Positions 1 through 9,557 of a stretch of 64,000 nt of DNA are shown here, one piece after another (positions within the stretch are counted from its first letter, which is position 1; the number at the start of each line of letters is the position of its first letter). Where the stretch lies: contig NZ_CBDBZT010000003.1 in NCBI RefSeq assembly GCF_965213655.1, positions 1,927,733 through 1,991,732 on the forward strand. The letters are read 5' to 3'. The DNA comes from Candidatus Palauibacter sp. Its GTDB lineage: Bacteria; Gemmatimonadota; Gemmatimonadetes; Palauibacterales; Palauibacteraceae. Below the pieces are notes generated by a model, which saw nothing but the letters and a program-made list of their open reading frames with translations, was not told the DNA's origin and did no database searches. Position numbers and translations under genes: made by a program.

Positions 1-3000
1 GAAGGAAGGTGGCCACGAGGACGCCGAAACCGACGGACGTCGCCACCGGAACCAGATGGCGGGCGTGGGCGCTCGTCTCGAACATCAGCGGGGCCACGCC
101 GAGAAACGTCGTGAGCGACGTCAGAACGATTGCTCGGAACCGGACCTTCGAGCCGGCGATGATAGCGTCTCGCGGCGGCATGCCGGACTTCCGGAAGTCG
201 TTGATGAATTTGACCATCATCAGTGAGTCGTTGATGACGACTCCGCTCACCCCGACCAGTCCCTGCTGCGACCATACGCTGAGATCGAGGCCCAGCAGCA
301 TGTGTCCCACCAGTGCGCCGACCACGCCCAGGGGTATGACGGCCAGCACGATGAACGGCTGAAGCCACGATCCGAACGGGATTGCCAGCAGAACGTACAT
401 CAGAATCAGGGCGAAGAATCCCGATCTCGCCAGCGCGGCATTGACATTGTCCTGCTGCTTGCGCTGCCCCCCGAAAGCATAGTTGAAGCCCGGATCCTGC
501 GCTTCCAGAGGTGCGAGGAAATCACGCTCGAGGCGATCGTCCACCTGTCGACCCGTCGCGTTGACTGCGTCCACGTCCGCCGTGATCGTCACCGCTCGCC
601 GCCCGTCGAGCCGGTGGATCGCGGATGCCGGCCGCGCGAAACGCGCCGAGGCGATCTGTCCCAATGCCACCTCACCGCCGCCCGGCGTCCGCACCGTGTA
701 CCCCTCCACATCGGCGGCGGAGTCTCGCTCGTCTTCCGGGAGCCGGACGTAGACGCGGACGTCCTCGCGACCCCGAGGCACCCTGACCGCTTCGACGCCG
801 AAGAACGCGCCTCGTACCTGGCCGGCGAAGTCACCGACCGTCAACTGGAGCGATCGGCCAGCCGGCTCAAGCTGTAGCCGCAGTTCTTCGAACCCCTCAT
901 CCAGATTGCTCCGCACATCGAAGACGCCATCGATGGCGCCGAGTTCCGCGACGACGTCCTCGGCGATCGAGCGCAGCCGGTCCGCATCGGGATGGGAGAG
1001 GTCGTAGTGGACGGGAAGGTCTCCGCCGGCGATGCTGCTCGTTATCGACAGCGCCTTCGCCTCGTGGATCGTGCCCATTTCCTCCCGCCACGCCCGTTCA
1101 AGGGCTGAAGCCGGGATGCCGTGGCGTTCCCAATCGATGAGCTTGAACTGGACCGTTGCGACATGACTGCGAGGGGGTCGAAACCCGTCGCCAGCCAGAG
1201 GATCGAAGAGTTCGGCCGACCGCCCCAATGTGACGGCGACGTCGACATCGAGCGGCAGAGCGTCCGCCGCCGTCCCACGCTCCGCCGCAATGCGCGCGAC
1301 GGCCCGGTGTCCGGCGGCCTCCACGCGGTCGGCCACGGCGCTCGTCACCTCGCCCGGCGTCCCGGTGGCCAGTTGCAGATCCGCGGAGACGACGTCGCCC
1401 TCCAGCGGGACGACGAACCGGCTCGGGACGATGCCCGAGACGACGAGGCCCACCGAGAGGACGACCAACCCCGCGGCAGACGTGAGCACGATAAGCGGCT
1501 GCTCCGTGGCCAGACGCAGCCCGCGGTCCAGGGGCCCGTCCGCCAGACGCTTCAGCAGGCCGTCAACGCGTTCGCGGATCCCGTGCAGAAGTTCAGCGGT
1601 TCGGTGGCCAGCCCGTTGGCCGGGTTCAGGCAGGTGCGAGAGATGGTTCGGCAGAACCAGCAGCGACTCGAAGAGCGAAACGAGCAGGACGGTGATGACG
1701 ATGATGGGGACGGTTCGGGCCAGTTTGCCCTGGGGGCCCGGAACCGTCATGAGGGTCGAGAATGCGATGATCGTCGTGAGCACCGAGAAGACGACGGGAC
1801 CGCTGACCTGCCGTGTGCCACGTATAACCGCGGCCAGCCCACCGGTGCCCTTCTCCCGCTCCGAGTAGACGCTTTCTCCCACGACAATCGCATCATCCAC
1901 GACGATTCCCATGGCGAGGATGAGGCCCATCAGGGAGAACATGTTGATGGACATGCCCAGGAAGCCCATCACGAGGAACGTTCCCGTGTACGAGACGGCC
2001 AGACCCACGGCGACCCATAGCGCGAGCCGGATCTCCAGGAACAGTGCCAGGGCGATGAAGACCAGGACGAGCCCCATCAGCCCGTTCTTCACCATCAGCC
2101 CGAGTCGGCCGCCCACCAGGGAGGAGTCGTCGCTCCAGGTCGCGATGTCCACGCCCGCGGGCAGGCCTGGCAGAGCCTCGGTCACCCATGCCCGCACCGC
2201 CTCGCCGATTTCGAGCACATGTTCGTCGGACGTACGGTATACGTCCACGCCGGCCGCGGGACGGCCGTTGTAGCGAACGCGGAGATCGGTGTCCGCGAAG
2301 CCGTCCCGCACCGTGGCGATGTCGCCCAGCCGGACCAACGTCCCGTCCGGTTGGCTCAACACGACGATGTCCTCGAAGTCGCCCTGGTCGTAGTTGCGTC
2401 CCAGCGTGCGGACGGAGAATTCCTCTTCCGGGCTCGATACCCGGCCAGCCGAGAGCTCCAGCGACCCCTGTCGCACCGCCTGTGCGACATCCTCCAGCGT
2501 AAGACCCAGCGAGCGAAGCCTCGACTGGGGAAGCTCGATCGATACTTCGTACGGGCGAGTCCCGCTCGTGCGGGCGAGCGACACTTCGGGAAGGGCGGAG
2601 ATTCCCTCTTCGATCCTGTACGCCAGCTCCTTGAGCGTGCGCTCCGGGACGTCGCCGTATACAAGCAGTCGCAACACGCTCTGGCGGCTGGTCACCTCGC
2701 GCACCTCAGGCCGCTCCGCGGACGCCGGGAACGTGGGGATGCGGTCCACCATCGCCCTTGTTTCGTTGACGGCGCGGCTCATGTCCGTGCCCACCTCGAA
2801 TTCCGCGATCACCAGTCCGAGCCCCGCGGAAGCGGTCGCCACCACGCGTTCCAGTCCTCCCACGCCCCGGATTTGCTCCTCGATCGGGCGAAGAATGGAT
2901 TCCTCGACCGCCTCCGGGGAGGCGCCCGGATAGGGCACGAGGATCTGAACGCGGTCCAGCGACGCGTCGGGGAGTACTTCCTGCACGAGACCGAAGGCCG

Positions 3001-3064
3001 CGTACAGGCCGCCCGCCAGAAGAACCAGCATGACGGCGGTCACGGCGGTGTCGTTCGTCGCCAT
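1..3064 (-). CDS. RND-family efflux transporter permease subunit (AcrB/HAE1-like); 3' end lies beyond window start
   Basis: Absent from the ORF track because there is no stop codon inside the window. My reverse-complement reading from the ATG at 3064 (alternative in-frame ATG at 3100, bounded upstream by TAG) gives MATNDTAVTAVMLVLLAGGLYAAFGL...RVQILVPYPGASPEAVEESILRPIEEQIRGVGG..., a typical AcrB N-terminus (TM1 then the porter domain). The frame stays open to position 1 with RND-like hydrophobic blocks. The overlapping + strand ORFs (1121-2020, 2219-3109) are R/P/A-rich antisense artefacts. Confidence 0.8.
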   Translation of the reverse strand, partial: MATNDTAVTAVMLVLLAGGLYAAFGLVQEVLPDASLDRVQILVPYPGASPEAVEESILRPIEEQIRGVGGLERVVATASAGLGLVIAEFEVGTDMSRAVNETRAMVDRIPTFPASAERPEVREVTSRQSVLRLLVYGDVPERTLKELAYRIEEGISALPEVSLARTSGTRPYEVSIELPQSRLRSLGLTLEDVAQAVRQGSLELSAGRVSSPEEEFSVRTLGRNYDQGDFEDIVVLSQPDGTLVRLGDIATVRDGFADTDLRVRYNGRPAAGVDVYRTSDEHVLEIGEAVRAWVTEALPGLPAGVDIATWSDDSSLVGGRLGLMVKNGLMGLVLVFIALALFLEIRLALWVAVGLAVSYTGTFLVMGFLGMSINMFSLMGLILAMGIVVDDAIVVGESVYSEREKGTGGLAAVIRGTRQVSGPVVFSVLTTIIAFSTLMTVPGPQGKLARTVPIIVITVLLVSLFESLLVLPNHLSHLPEPGQRAGHRTAELLHGIRERVDGLLKRLADGPLDRGLRLATEQPLIVLTSAAGLVVLSVGLVVSGIVPSRFVVPLEGDVVSADLQLATGTPGEVTSAVADRVEAAGHRAVARIAAERGTAADALPLDVDVAVTLGRSAELFDPLAGDGFRPPRSHVATVQFKLIDWERHGIPASALERAWREEMGTIHEAKALSITSSIAGGDLPVHYDLSHPDADRLRSIAEDVVAELGAIDGVFDVRSNLDEGFEELRLQLEPAGRSLQLTVGDFAGQVRGAFFGVEAVRVPRGREDVRVYVRLPEDERDSAADVEGYTVRTPGGGEVALGQIASARFARPASAIHRLDGRRAVTITADVDAVNATGRQVDDRLERDFLAPLEAQDPGFNYAFGGQRKQQDNVNAALARSGFFALILMYVLLAIPFGSWLQPFIVLAVIPLGVVGALVGHMLLGLDLSVWSQQGLVGVSGVVINDSLMMVKFINDFRKSGMPPRDAIIAGSKVRFRAIVLTSLTTFLGVAPLMFETSAHARHLVPVATSVGFGVLVATFL

Positions 3065-3160
3065 GTAGGTGACCGGGCCGCGCCCGGCGCCGGGACGCAT
3101 GCTAGCTAGCTATGAATCTCGGTATGGGCTTTCACCGGCACGGCGAGCGGGACGGTAAAG

Positions 3161-5560
3161 TCATGTGCAAAGCGCGTCGATGTGGGCGGCAGTGCGGGAC
3201 GCTGTATCGCGAATCGTCGCGGGCAGCGTATCGAAATCGTCCAGCCCGCAGGCTTCGGCAATCGCGGCCTTCACGGTGGAAGTCGCCGTGTCGGGCGCGA
3301 ACTCATCTGCGGCGATAAGCCGTAGCGAGCCATCGAGATTCCGCCACAGTCCTGCCGCCGCCGCCAGCCGCTCGGCGTCACCCTCGGCGATCAACCCGCG
3401 CCTGCTTGCCGCCCGGAAAGCGGCGCCCGCGTCGTATTCCGGCAGCTCCGGCGCATGACCGTTGGGAGTCACATGTAGGTATAGGGCGGCGCGCTCGATG
3501 TCTCCAAGACCGCCGCGCATCCCGGCAATCGACGTGAGATCCGGTTCGACGCCGCGCTCTCCGGCGTCGCGCAACTCGGCCAGCAACAGCTCGCGGGCGG
3601 CTTCCTGGCCCAACGCATCCCGCAGCGCCTGCTCGACGCGTTCCCCGACCGCCGCGTCGCCGGACACGAACGCGCAGCGCGCCCGGGCGAGGGCCAGAAG
3701 CTCGGCGCCTGAACCGGGGTTCCGGAGGTTTTCCGCGAACGCGTCGAAGGAATGGAACTCGTCCAGCGCGCCGCGCGGGAGGGGGGCGAGCAGCAGGTTG
3801 TTGCGCGACAGCGCACGGAGCGCCTTCCGGAAGCGGCGGCACAGCGCCTCGTGGTACTTGGCCGGTCCGCCTTCGTACACGAACCGGACATCGAGCACCT
3901 CCCCCGGCATCGCCTCGCCGTTCGTCAGGAGCCCCGGAACAACGACCGCCACTCCGCCGCTGGCGCGCGGCCGACCCCGGTCGGCGAAGTCCTCCTCCAC
4001 CGCGGCCAGCACCGTGGCGATGGAGGCTTGGGCGACGCGAGACAGCGTCGTGCCCGCCTCGGCGATCGACAGGCTGCCACGCATCACGTGCACGGCGATC
4101 TGGAAGACCTTTCCGTTCGACCACTCCAGCGCCGCCTCGACCGCCTCGCCGGCGTCCTGCACGTGGATGTCGTCGAGCTGGGCCTTCATCTCGGGGAGGT
4201 CCAGTTCGTGCGTCCAGTAAAGGCGCGCCAGCCCGCAGCGCGCGATGGCCTCGAACTCGGGATCCGGCCCGATTCCGTCCGGCAGCTCCAGATCCGTGAA
4301 TTCCCGATCCCGCAACCTGTCCAGCAGGGCCGGGGAGCGGTTGATCCACTCGGCCAGCCGCGGGGCGGAGGCATGGATCTCCGTGATGGCATCGAACGCG
4401 TCCGGGCGCTCCGCGAACGCCCGGCTGTCGTAGGCGCTCCAGTCGTCGATCTCGGGATAGAACTGCGCGCGCTGTCGATCGAGCAGCGGATGGATGGTCT
4501 CGAACCACCGCTTCGGGAACATGGCGAGAGAGTTCATCTGGATGTAGCTGCCCGGCAGCTGCGGCGAGACTTCCTCGCCATGATGCTGCAGGAGCGGATA
4601 GCGCCGGTTGGACGTGTGATGGTCCGCGTGCCGCTGCATGTTGTAGTACAGCCAGTTGGTGAACTTGTATGCGGCGCTCCAGGCGTGCCTCGGTTTCACC
4701 GGCTCGTACCTGCCCGTGGGCATGCGGATGCGTCTTAGTCCATAGTGCTGCACGTAGTTGCTGACCTTCATCGAGAAGACGACGCTGCCGCACAGGATGA
4801 GGTAGATCAGCAGGGCCCAGGGGCCGCCCCACCAGACGAGAAGGCCGTACCAGAAGACGATTTGCACGGTGTAGCGCCAGAACGCATTCGTGTGGTGCCA
4901 CGGCGGCAGATGGCGGCGCCTCAGTCGGCGCAGTTCGAACCGCCAGGCGCCCAGGAGGTTGTTCCGGATCTCCGGGAGCAGGTACTGCCAGAAGCCAACG
5001 CCCTTCGGCGCGGACCCGGGGTCCAAGGGCGTACACACGCGGGGATGATGGATGTAGACGTGTTCGGTCGCGTAGTGCGGGTAGGACGAGGAAGCCAGCA
5101 GGAACTCGCCGAGCCGACGCTCCCAGAGAACGCGCCGGTGGACCAGTTCGTGGCCCACGATGAAGACCGTCTGGCCCACGAGCGTGAGAATGGCGGCCAT
5201 GCACCCGACTTCCCACAGGGCCAGATGACCGGAGACCAACACCTGCCAGAGCGAGAATACGAACGTCACCGGCCAGAACACGCCCCACAGCCAGAGCGAG
5301 AGCTTGTACAGGAACAGCTGGCTTTCGTGGGTCGTGGCCGGATCCATGTTCCGCTCTTCCAGGCCGAACAACCTGTCGAAGCGGTCCGCAAGCGTGAAGA
5401 AGACCAGCGGACCCGCAAGCCACCAGCCGCCGTACACGGCGGCGCAGACGACGAGCGGGAAGATCGCGAGGGGAGCGAAGTGCGGCAGCGCGTTCGAGAC
5501 CGAAGGCTCGACGACGCGACTGCCCATGGCGATGGTCGCGTCGGAACTGTGTGCTTCCAT
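3161..5560 (-). CDS. AlkB-type integral-membrane di-iron alkane/fatty-acid hydroxylase fused to a C-terminal GlnE/GlnD-like nucleotidyltransferase-type domain
   Basis: 799-aa ORF. Histidine boxes GHELVHRR (HxxxH), EHVYIHH (HxxHH), NYVQHYGL and MQRHADHH match the AlkB/desaturase family. The C-terminal ~400 aa has a polymerase-beta-like NTase signature VAVVVPGLLTNGEAMPGEVLDVRFVYEGG and GMRGGLGDIERAALYLHV, resembling the GlnE GGxRDIEF region. A strong SD GGAGGA lies 8 nt upstream of the ATG at 5560. The overlapping 759-aa ORF 3378-5657 is a low-complexity artefact. Confidence 0.8.
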   Translation of the reverse strand: MEAHSSDATIAMGSRVVEPSVSNALPHFAPLAIFPLVVCAAVYGGWWLAGPLVFFTLADRFDRLFGLEERNMDPATTHESQLFLYKLSLWLWGVFWPVTFVFSLWQVLVSGHLALWEVGCMAAILTLVGQTVFIVGHELVHRRVLWERRLGEFLLASSSYPHYATEHVYIHHPRVCTPLDPGSAPKGVGFWQYLLPEIRNNLLGAWRFELRRLRRRHLPPWHHTNAFWRYTVQIVFWYGLLVWWGGPWALLIYLILCGSVVFSMKVSNYVQHYGLRRIRMPTGRYEPVKPRHAWSAAYKFTNWLYYNMQRHADHHTSNRRYPLLQHHGEEVSPQLPGSYIQMNSLAMFPKRWFETIHPLLDRQRAQFYPEIDDWSAYDSRAFAERPDAFDAITEIHASAPRLAEWINRSPALLDRLRDREFTDLELPDGIGPDPEFEAIARCGLARLYWTHELDLPEMKAQLDDIHVQDAGEAVEAALEWSNGKVFQIAVHVMRGSLSIAEAGTTLSRVAQASIATVLAAVEEDFADRGRPRASGGVAVVVPGLLTNGEAMPGEVLDVRFVYEGGPAKYHEALCRRFRKALRALSRNNLLLAPLPRGALDEFHSFDAFAENLRNPGSGAELLALARARCAFVSGDAAVGERVEQALRDALGQEAARELLLAELRDAGERGVEPDLTSIAGMRGGLGDIERAALYLHVTPNGHAPELPEYDAGAAFRAASRRGLIAEGDAERLAAAAGLWRNLDGSLRLIAADEFAPDTATSTVKAAIAEACGLDDFDTLPATIRDTASRTAAHIDALCT

Positions 5561-5669
5561 CCTGGATATCCTCCGACGTGGTGATTCGCTGCCGGTAGAC
5601 GCCCGCTTCCAGTCTACACCTATTCGGCGCTCCTCCGCCGGTCAAACCGCAGCCCACGTAACGGCATCA

Positions 5670-8096
5670 TTACGGAACGAGGACGCGTTCGCGCTTTCTG
5701 AGCAGGAAGAGGCCCTCGTTCCAGCTCGAGATCGCGATCACGCCGCTCTCGAAGTACGGATAGTTGCTCCACGTGCCGCCGAAGGCCGTCGCGTCGTCGT
5801 CCGTGGGGACGGTGTCGAAGAAGGCCACCTCGACAGGGTTTTCAGGGTCCCGGATGTCGAGGATCCTCAAGCCGCCCAGAAGGTTCGACTGGTAGAGGAA
5901 GTCGCCCCGCACGTACTGGTTGTGGTCGATCGAGCGCGTCTCGGCGAAATACTCGGTCGCCAGCACCGGGTCGTCGAGTTCCACCACGTCCCACACGAGC
6001 GTCCGCGTATTGGAGACGGTACCCCCCTCCTCGTCGAGTTCGTCGCCGAGGAAAAAGTAGCGGTGGTCCTCGGTGAGCCATCCCTGGTGGGCGGCGACGG
6101 CGCCGGGGTAGCCGGCGCTCGCGAGCGCGACGGGATTCTCCTTGTCGGTGATGTCGGAGATCCCGAGCGCATCGATCGACGCGTGGAAGCAGATCTCCCG
6201 GCCGACGTAGTCCTCGTCGGGTCCGTCGTAGATCACGCACTGGGCGTCGTGCGTGTAGCCGCCGCCGAGGAAGCCGCCGATGTCGGGGTCCGCGAAGCAG
6301 CCGGCGAAGCGGGGGTTCGCCGGATCGCGGATGTCGATCATGTGCAGACCGCCGCCGCACGCCTCGCCGCCGCCGCTGCTGCCGACGGCGTGCGCGAAGC
6401 CGGTCTCCTCGTTGATCACGATGTTGTGCGAGCTGAACACGCCGTCGTACACGGCCGTCTCCTCGAACATCACGGGCGGATCGCGGACGTCCCTGAGTTG
6501 CGTGAGGTCGAAGATCTGGACGCCATGCGCGCCGGCGTTGTCCGCCACGATGAAGGCGTGGTCGGCGTAGGTCTTGATGTCGCGCCACAGGTTCTCGACG
6601 CCGCCCTCGGTGAGCGGGAGTTCGCCCACGTAGACCGGCGCGTTGGGGTCCGTGATGTCGACGAAGGAGGTGCCGTTGGACTTGCCGAGGAGGACGTACT
6701 CGCGGCCGGTCTGCGGATCGGTCCAGCCCCAGATGTCGTTCGCGATCGACGTGGGGCCGGCGCCGAGTTCGGCGAGCGGGAGGAAGGCGACGAGATCCAC
6801 GTCGGTGCACGCGTAGTCGAGGGCGGTCCCGTCGTCACAACTCACCGTCTCGCCGGTGACGGCGGTCATGTTCGGCCGTTCCGGATCGCGGAGCGTGGAC
6901 GACAACTCCCATGGGCCGCCGGGGCCGGAGCGTTCGAGGACCGCGGCCGCTCCGAGCCTGAGGTCGGCCTGACCGGCGCCGACCACCGCCATGTCCGGCC
7001 CGACTCCGAGGCTGGATCCGAAGGCGGCACCGGGACCGAACGGCGCCGCATCGACGGACTGGAGGTGGTCGAGCGAAACCCCGTCAAGGACGTACGCCGC
7101 CCCGGTCCCTCCGGCCGTGCCGGGCGCCCCGACCCACAGCAGCCCGCCGGCGACGGCCAGCGAGGTGCCGAAGCCGGCAGCGCCGGACACGTTGGGCGGG
7201 CTCACGAGTCGCGAGGATCCCGAGGGCTCGCTCACGTCGAAGGCTGCGACGACGCCCCCGCCCGCCTGGCCGGGCGCGCCCGCGAAAAGCGTGTTGCCCT
7301 CCAAGGCGAGGGACGCGCCGAAGCGGGCCCCGGCGTCCAGGCCCTCGAGCACGAACGAGCCGGCCGGCCGCCAGGCGTCCCCATCGCGCTCGAAGCGGTA
7401 CACCGCGCCACGGCCACGATCGCTGCCGGGCGCGCCCACGATGAGCAGGTCGGCGTCGGCGACGAGGGCGGCCCCGAAGCGATCAGCCCCTTCGGGCGAT
7501 GGGCTCCCGAGACGGCCCTGCGGGGTGACTTCGCCGTCCGGCTCGACGGCGTAGACGTAGACGACGCCTGGCTGCGCGGGCGCCGGCTGGCCGAAGCGCG
7601 GCAGGTCGCCGAGCCCGCCCGGCGCTCCGAGGAAGGCGGCGTCGGCCATCATCGCGACCGCGCTCCCCGCGCCGGCGCGCGCCTCGGCGGCCGGATCCAG
7701 CGCGGCGCGCTCGACCCAGGTCCCTTCCCGCCGCTCGAACAGGTAGGCGCGACCGCGCCTCTCCTCCGCCCCGGGGGCGCCGACGAGGAGCCGCTCACCG
7801 GCCCAGGCGACAGCCGTGCCGAACTGGTCGCCCACCGCACCCGCCCCGGGCCTTAGCGTCTCGGCCACGGCCCACGCGTCATCGCCGCCCTGCCGGTGCA
7901 CGTACACCGCACCCGCCTCCGGGTAGGTGGGAAGCCGGATCTCCGCGCCGTTGCGGGCGACGAGCACGTCGTCCCCCATGAGCGCGATGGAGGCCGCGAA
8001 CCCCGAGCCCACGGTCACCGGGAGAGTCTGGGCCGCGACGAGCCCGGGGGTGGCCAGCAGGCCTGAGATCAGGAACGGGAGCAATCCGGCACGCAT
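5670..8096 (-). CDS. secreted FG-GAP repeat / LVIVD-repeat beta-propeller protein
   Basis: I choose the internal ATG at 8096 (MRAGLLPFLISGLLATPGLVAAQ signal peptide, SD GGAGGTG upstream) over the track start at 8189. The N-terminal half has repeated ...LVGAPG.../...FAGAPG... FG-GAP-like blades. The C-terminal half has LVIVD-type motifs (HMIDIRDPANP, LRILDIRDPENP). Confidence 0.75.
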   Translation of the reverse strand: MRAGLLPFLISGLLATPGLVAAQTLPVTVGSGFAASIALMGDDVLVARNGAEIRLPTYPEAGAVYVHRQGGDDAWAVAETLRPGAGAVGDQFGTAVAWAGERLLVGAPGAEERRGRAYLFERREGTWVERAALDPAAEARAGAGSAVAMMADAAFLGAPGGLGDLPRFGQPAPAQPGVVYVYAVEPDGEVTPQGRLGSPSPEGADRFGAALVADADLLIVGAPGSDRGRGAVYRFERDGDAWRPAGSFVLEGLDAGARFGASLALEGNTLFAGAPGQAGGGVVAAFDVSEPSGSSRLVSPPNVSGAAGFGTSLAVAGGLLWVGAPGTAGGTGAAYVLDGVSLDHLQSVDAAPFGPGAAFGSSLGVGPDMAVVGAGQADLRLGAAAVLERSGPGGPWELSSTLRDPERPNMTAVTGETVSCDDGTALDYACTDVDLVAFLPLAELGAGPTSIANDIWGWTDPQTGREYVLLGKSNGTSFVDITDPNAPVYVGELPLTEGGVENLWRDIKTYADHAFIVADNAGAHGVQIFDLTQLRDVRDPPVMFEETAVYDGVFSSHNIVINEETGFAHAVGSSGGGEACGGGLHMIDIRDPANPRFAGCFADPDIGGFLGGGYTHDAQCVIYDGPDEDYVGREICFHASIDALGISDITDKENPVALASAGYPGAVAAHQGWLTEDHRYFFLGDELDEEGGTVSNTRTLVWDVVELDDPVLATEYFAETRSIDHNQYVRGDFLYQSNLLGGLRILDIRDPENPVEVAFFDTVPTDDDATAFGGTWSNYPYFESGVIAISSWNEGLFLLRKRERVLVP

Positions 8097-8206
8097 CGTC
8101 ACCTCCAGCGGAAACCTGCTACGTCCAGCGTCATCCATCATTGTCCAGCATGTCCGTCGTTGTCCGTCGTTCGCGGGACACCGGGTCATCGTCGGTCAGC
8201 CCCCGC

Positions 8207-9523
8207 TCAGCCCGGACGGGCGCGCGCCAGCGGGTTCACGCCGGCCAGCGCCGCCCCGACGAAGGGGAGCGCGAGTACCCACAGCCGGAGTCCGAGCGGC
8301 CCGGCGCCGTCCGCCGCGATGCCGCCGAGGGCGAGGAGTGCGAGTCCGGCGCAGGCCACGACCGCGCCGCCCGCGAGCAGCCAGCCTGGACGGGATCGCC
8401 CGCCGCGCCCGCTACGCTCCAGGCGCCCGAAGGCGAGCACGCACGGAACCAGCGCCAGCGCGTACACGGCAAGCCACAGGGGCCGAAGGGCCCACCAGAG
8501 TCCGGTGGCAGGGTCGACGGCGAGACCCACGTCCCCCAGCAGCAACGCGACCCCGATGACCAGCGTCGCGGCCGTCAGGTGCCACAGGAAGATCGTCATG
8601 ATCATCCCGTTCACCAGCACCGTGGCCGTCCACGGCACGGCGCGATCGAGCCAGCGCCGCATCGGACCCTCGATCGACAGCAGCAGCCCTGTGTGCACGA
8701 GCGCCAGCGCCAGCATGGGCAGTTTCGGGGGCAGCGAGTTGCTGATCTCGTCGCCCGGGACGCTCACCATGCTGACCGGGTACGGTCCGAACATCACCAG
8801 GCCGACGAGTGACACGCCGCCCAGGGCGGCCCACGCCGCGCCCCTCCGCAGGCCCGCCGTGTATCCGTCGCGCCACGCGTAGCCCAGCTGGTGGACGGCG
8901 ACCCAGATGAAGGCGTAGTTGGCCCAGCCCACGACGGTGAGGTCGGCGGCCAGGAAGAGGACGTCGTCCACGATCGCCGCGGCGACGAGCGCCCAGAACG
9001 ACCAGAGCCCGTAGCGCCGCCAGGCCGCGTACGTCAGAGGCACGAGGAGCACGACCATGATGTAGACGGCGAGGAACCAGGTGGGGATCAGCGCCATTTG
9101 CGACAGGCCGCCCACGAGCCCGGCGTCGACGCCCCCCAGTCCCATGCCGGCGCCGAGCAGCACCCACACGGCGAGCAGCGCCAGGACCGGACCCAGGAGG
9201 CGGCGGAGCCGAGCCTCCAGCCATTCCGCGTAACTCTTCCCCTTGTCGCTGGCCGACCGCCACGACACGCCGTTCGAGTAGCCGCCGACGAGGAAGAAGA
9301 TCGGCATCACCTGGAAGACCCACGTGAGCCACCGCGTCCACGGCTGGTACTCGAGCGCGTTCGAGAGCGTGATTTCCCCGCCGCCCGTGTACGGCGCCGC
9401 CTGTATCCAGTGCCCGAGCACCACCGCGCCGATCGAGAGGGCACGGAGGAAGTCCACGTACCGGTTGCGAGACTCCGGCGTCTGCGCGGCCACCCCCGCC
9501 GCCCGAGACCAGAGGCCGTTCAC
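8207..9523 (-). CDS. acyltransferase family 3 (OafA/OpgC-like) membrane protein
   Basis: GTG start at 9523 with GGAGG SD. RYVDFLRALSIGAVVLGHW followed by about 10 hydrophobic helices is typical of the acyltransferase-3 family. Confidence 0.8.
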   Translation of the reverse strand: MNGLWSRAAGVAAQTPESRNRYVDFLRALSIGAVVLGHWIQAAPYTGGGEITLSNALEYQPWTRWLTWVFQVMPIFFLVGGYSNGVSWRSASDKGKSYAEWLEARLRRLLGPVLALLAVWVLLGAGMGLGGVDAGLVGGLSQMALIPTWFLAVYIMVVLLVPLTYAAWRRYGLWSFWALVAAAIVDDVLFLAADLTVVGWANYAFIWVAVHQLGYAWRDGYTAGLRRGAAWAALGGVSLVGLVMFGPYPVSMVSVPGDEISNSLPPKLPMLALALVHTGLLLSIEGPMRRWLDRAVPWTATVLVNGMIMTIFLWHLTAATLVIGVALLLGDVGLAVDPATGLWWALRPLWLAVYALALVPCVLAFGRLERSGRGGRSRPGWLLAGGAVVACAGLALLALGGIAADGAGPLGLRLWVLALPFVGAALAGVNPLARARPG

Positions 9524-9557
9524 CCGTCAGCCTCCGCGGCGCGGCCGCCGCGAGGGC

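Noticed and set aside
3101-3112. Palindrome gctagctagcta between the RND start and the AlkB-fusion stop
   Set aside because: It is a short stop-codon-rich spacer (TAG in several frames on both strands). It is too short to call an operator or terminator.
5304-7856. 850-aa + strand ORF, and similar long ORFs 3378-5657(-), 9324-11711(+), 15245-17275(-), 18010-19758(+), 22985-24625(+), 25869-28013(+), 28360-30483(-), 46187-47950(+), 59009-61852(-)
   Set aside because: All are antisense or out-of-frame to genes with clear domain signatures. Their translations are Arg/Gly/Pro/Ala-rich low-complexity strings, the usual stop-codon-poor shadow ORFs of GC-rich DNA.
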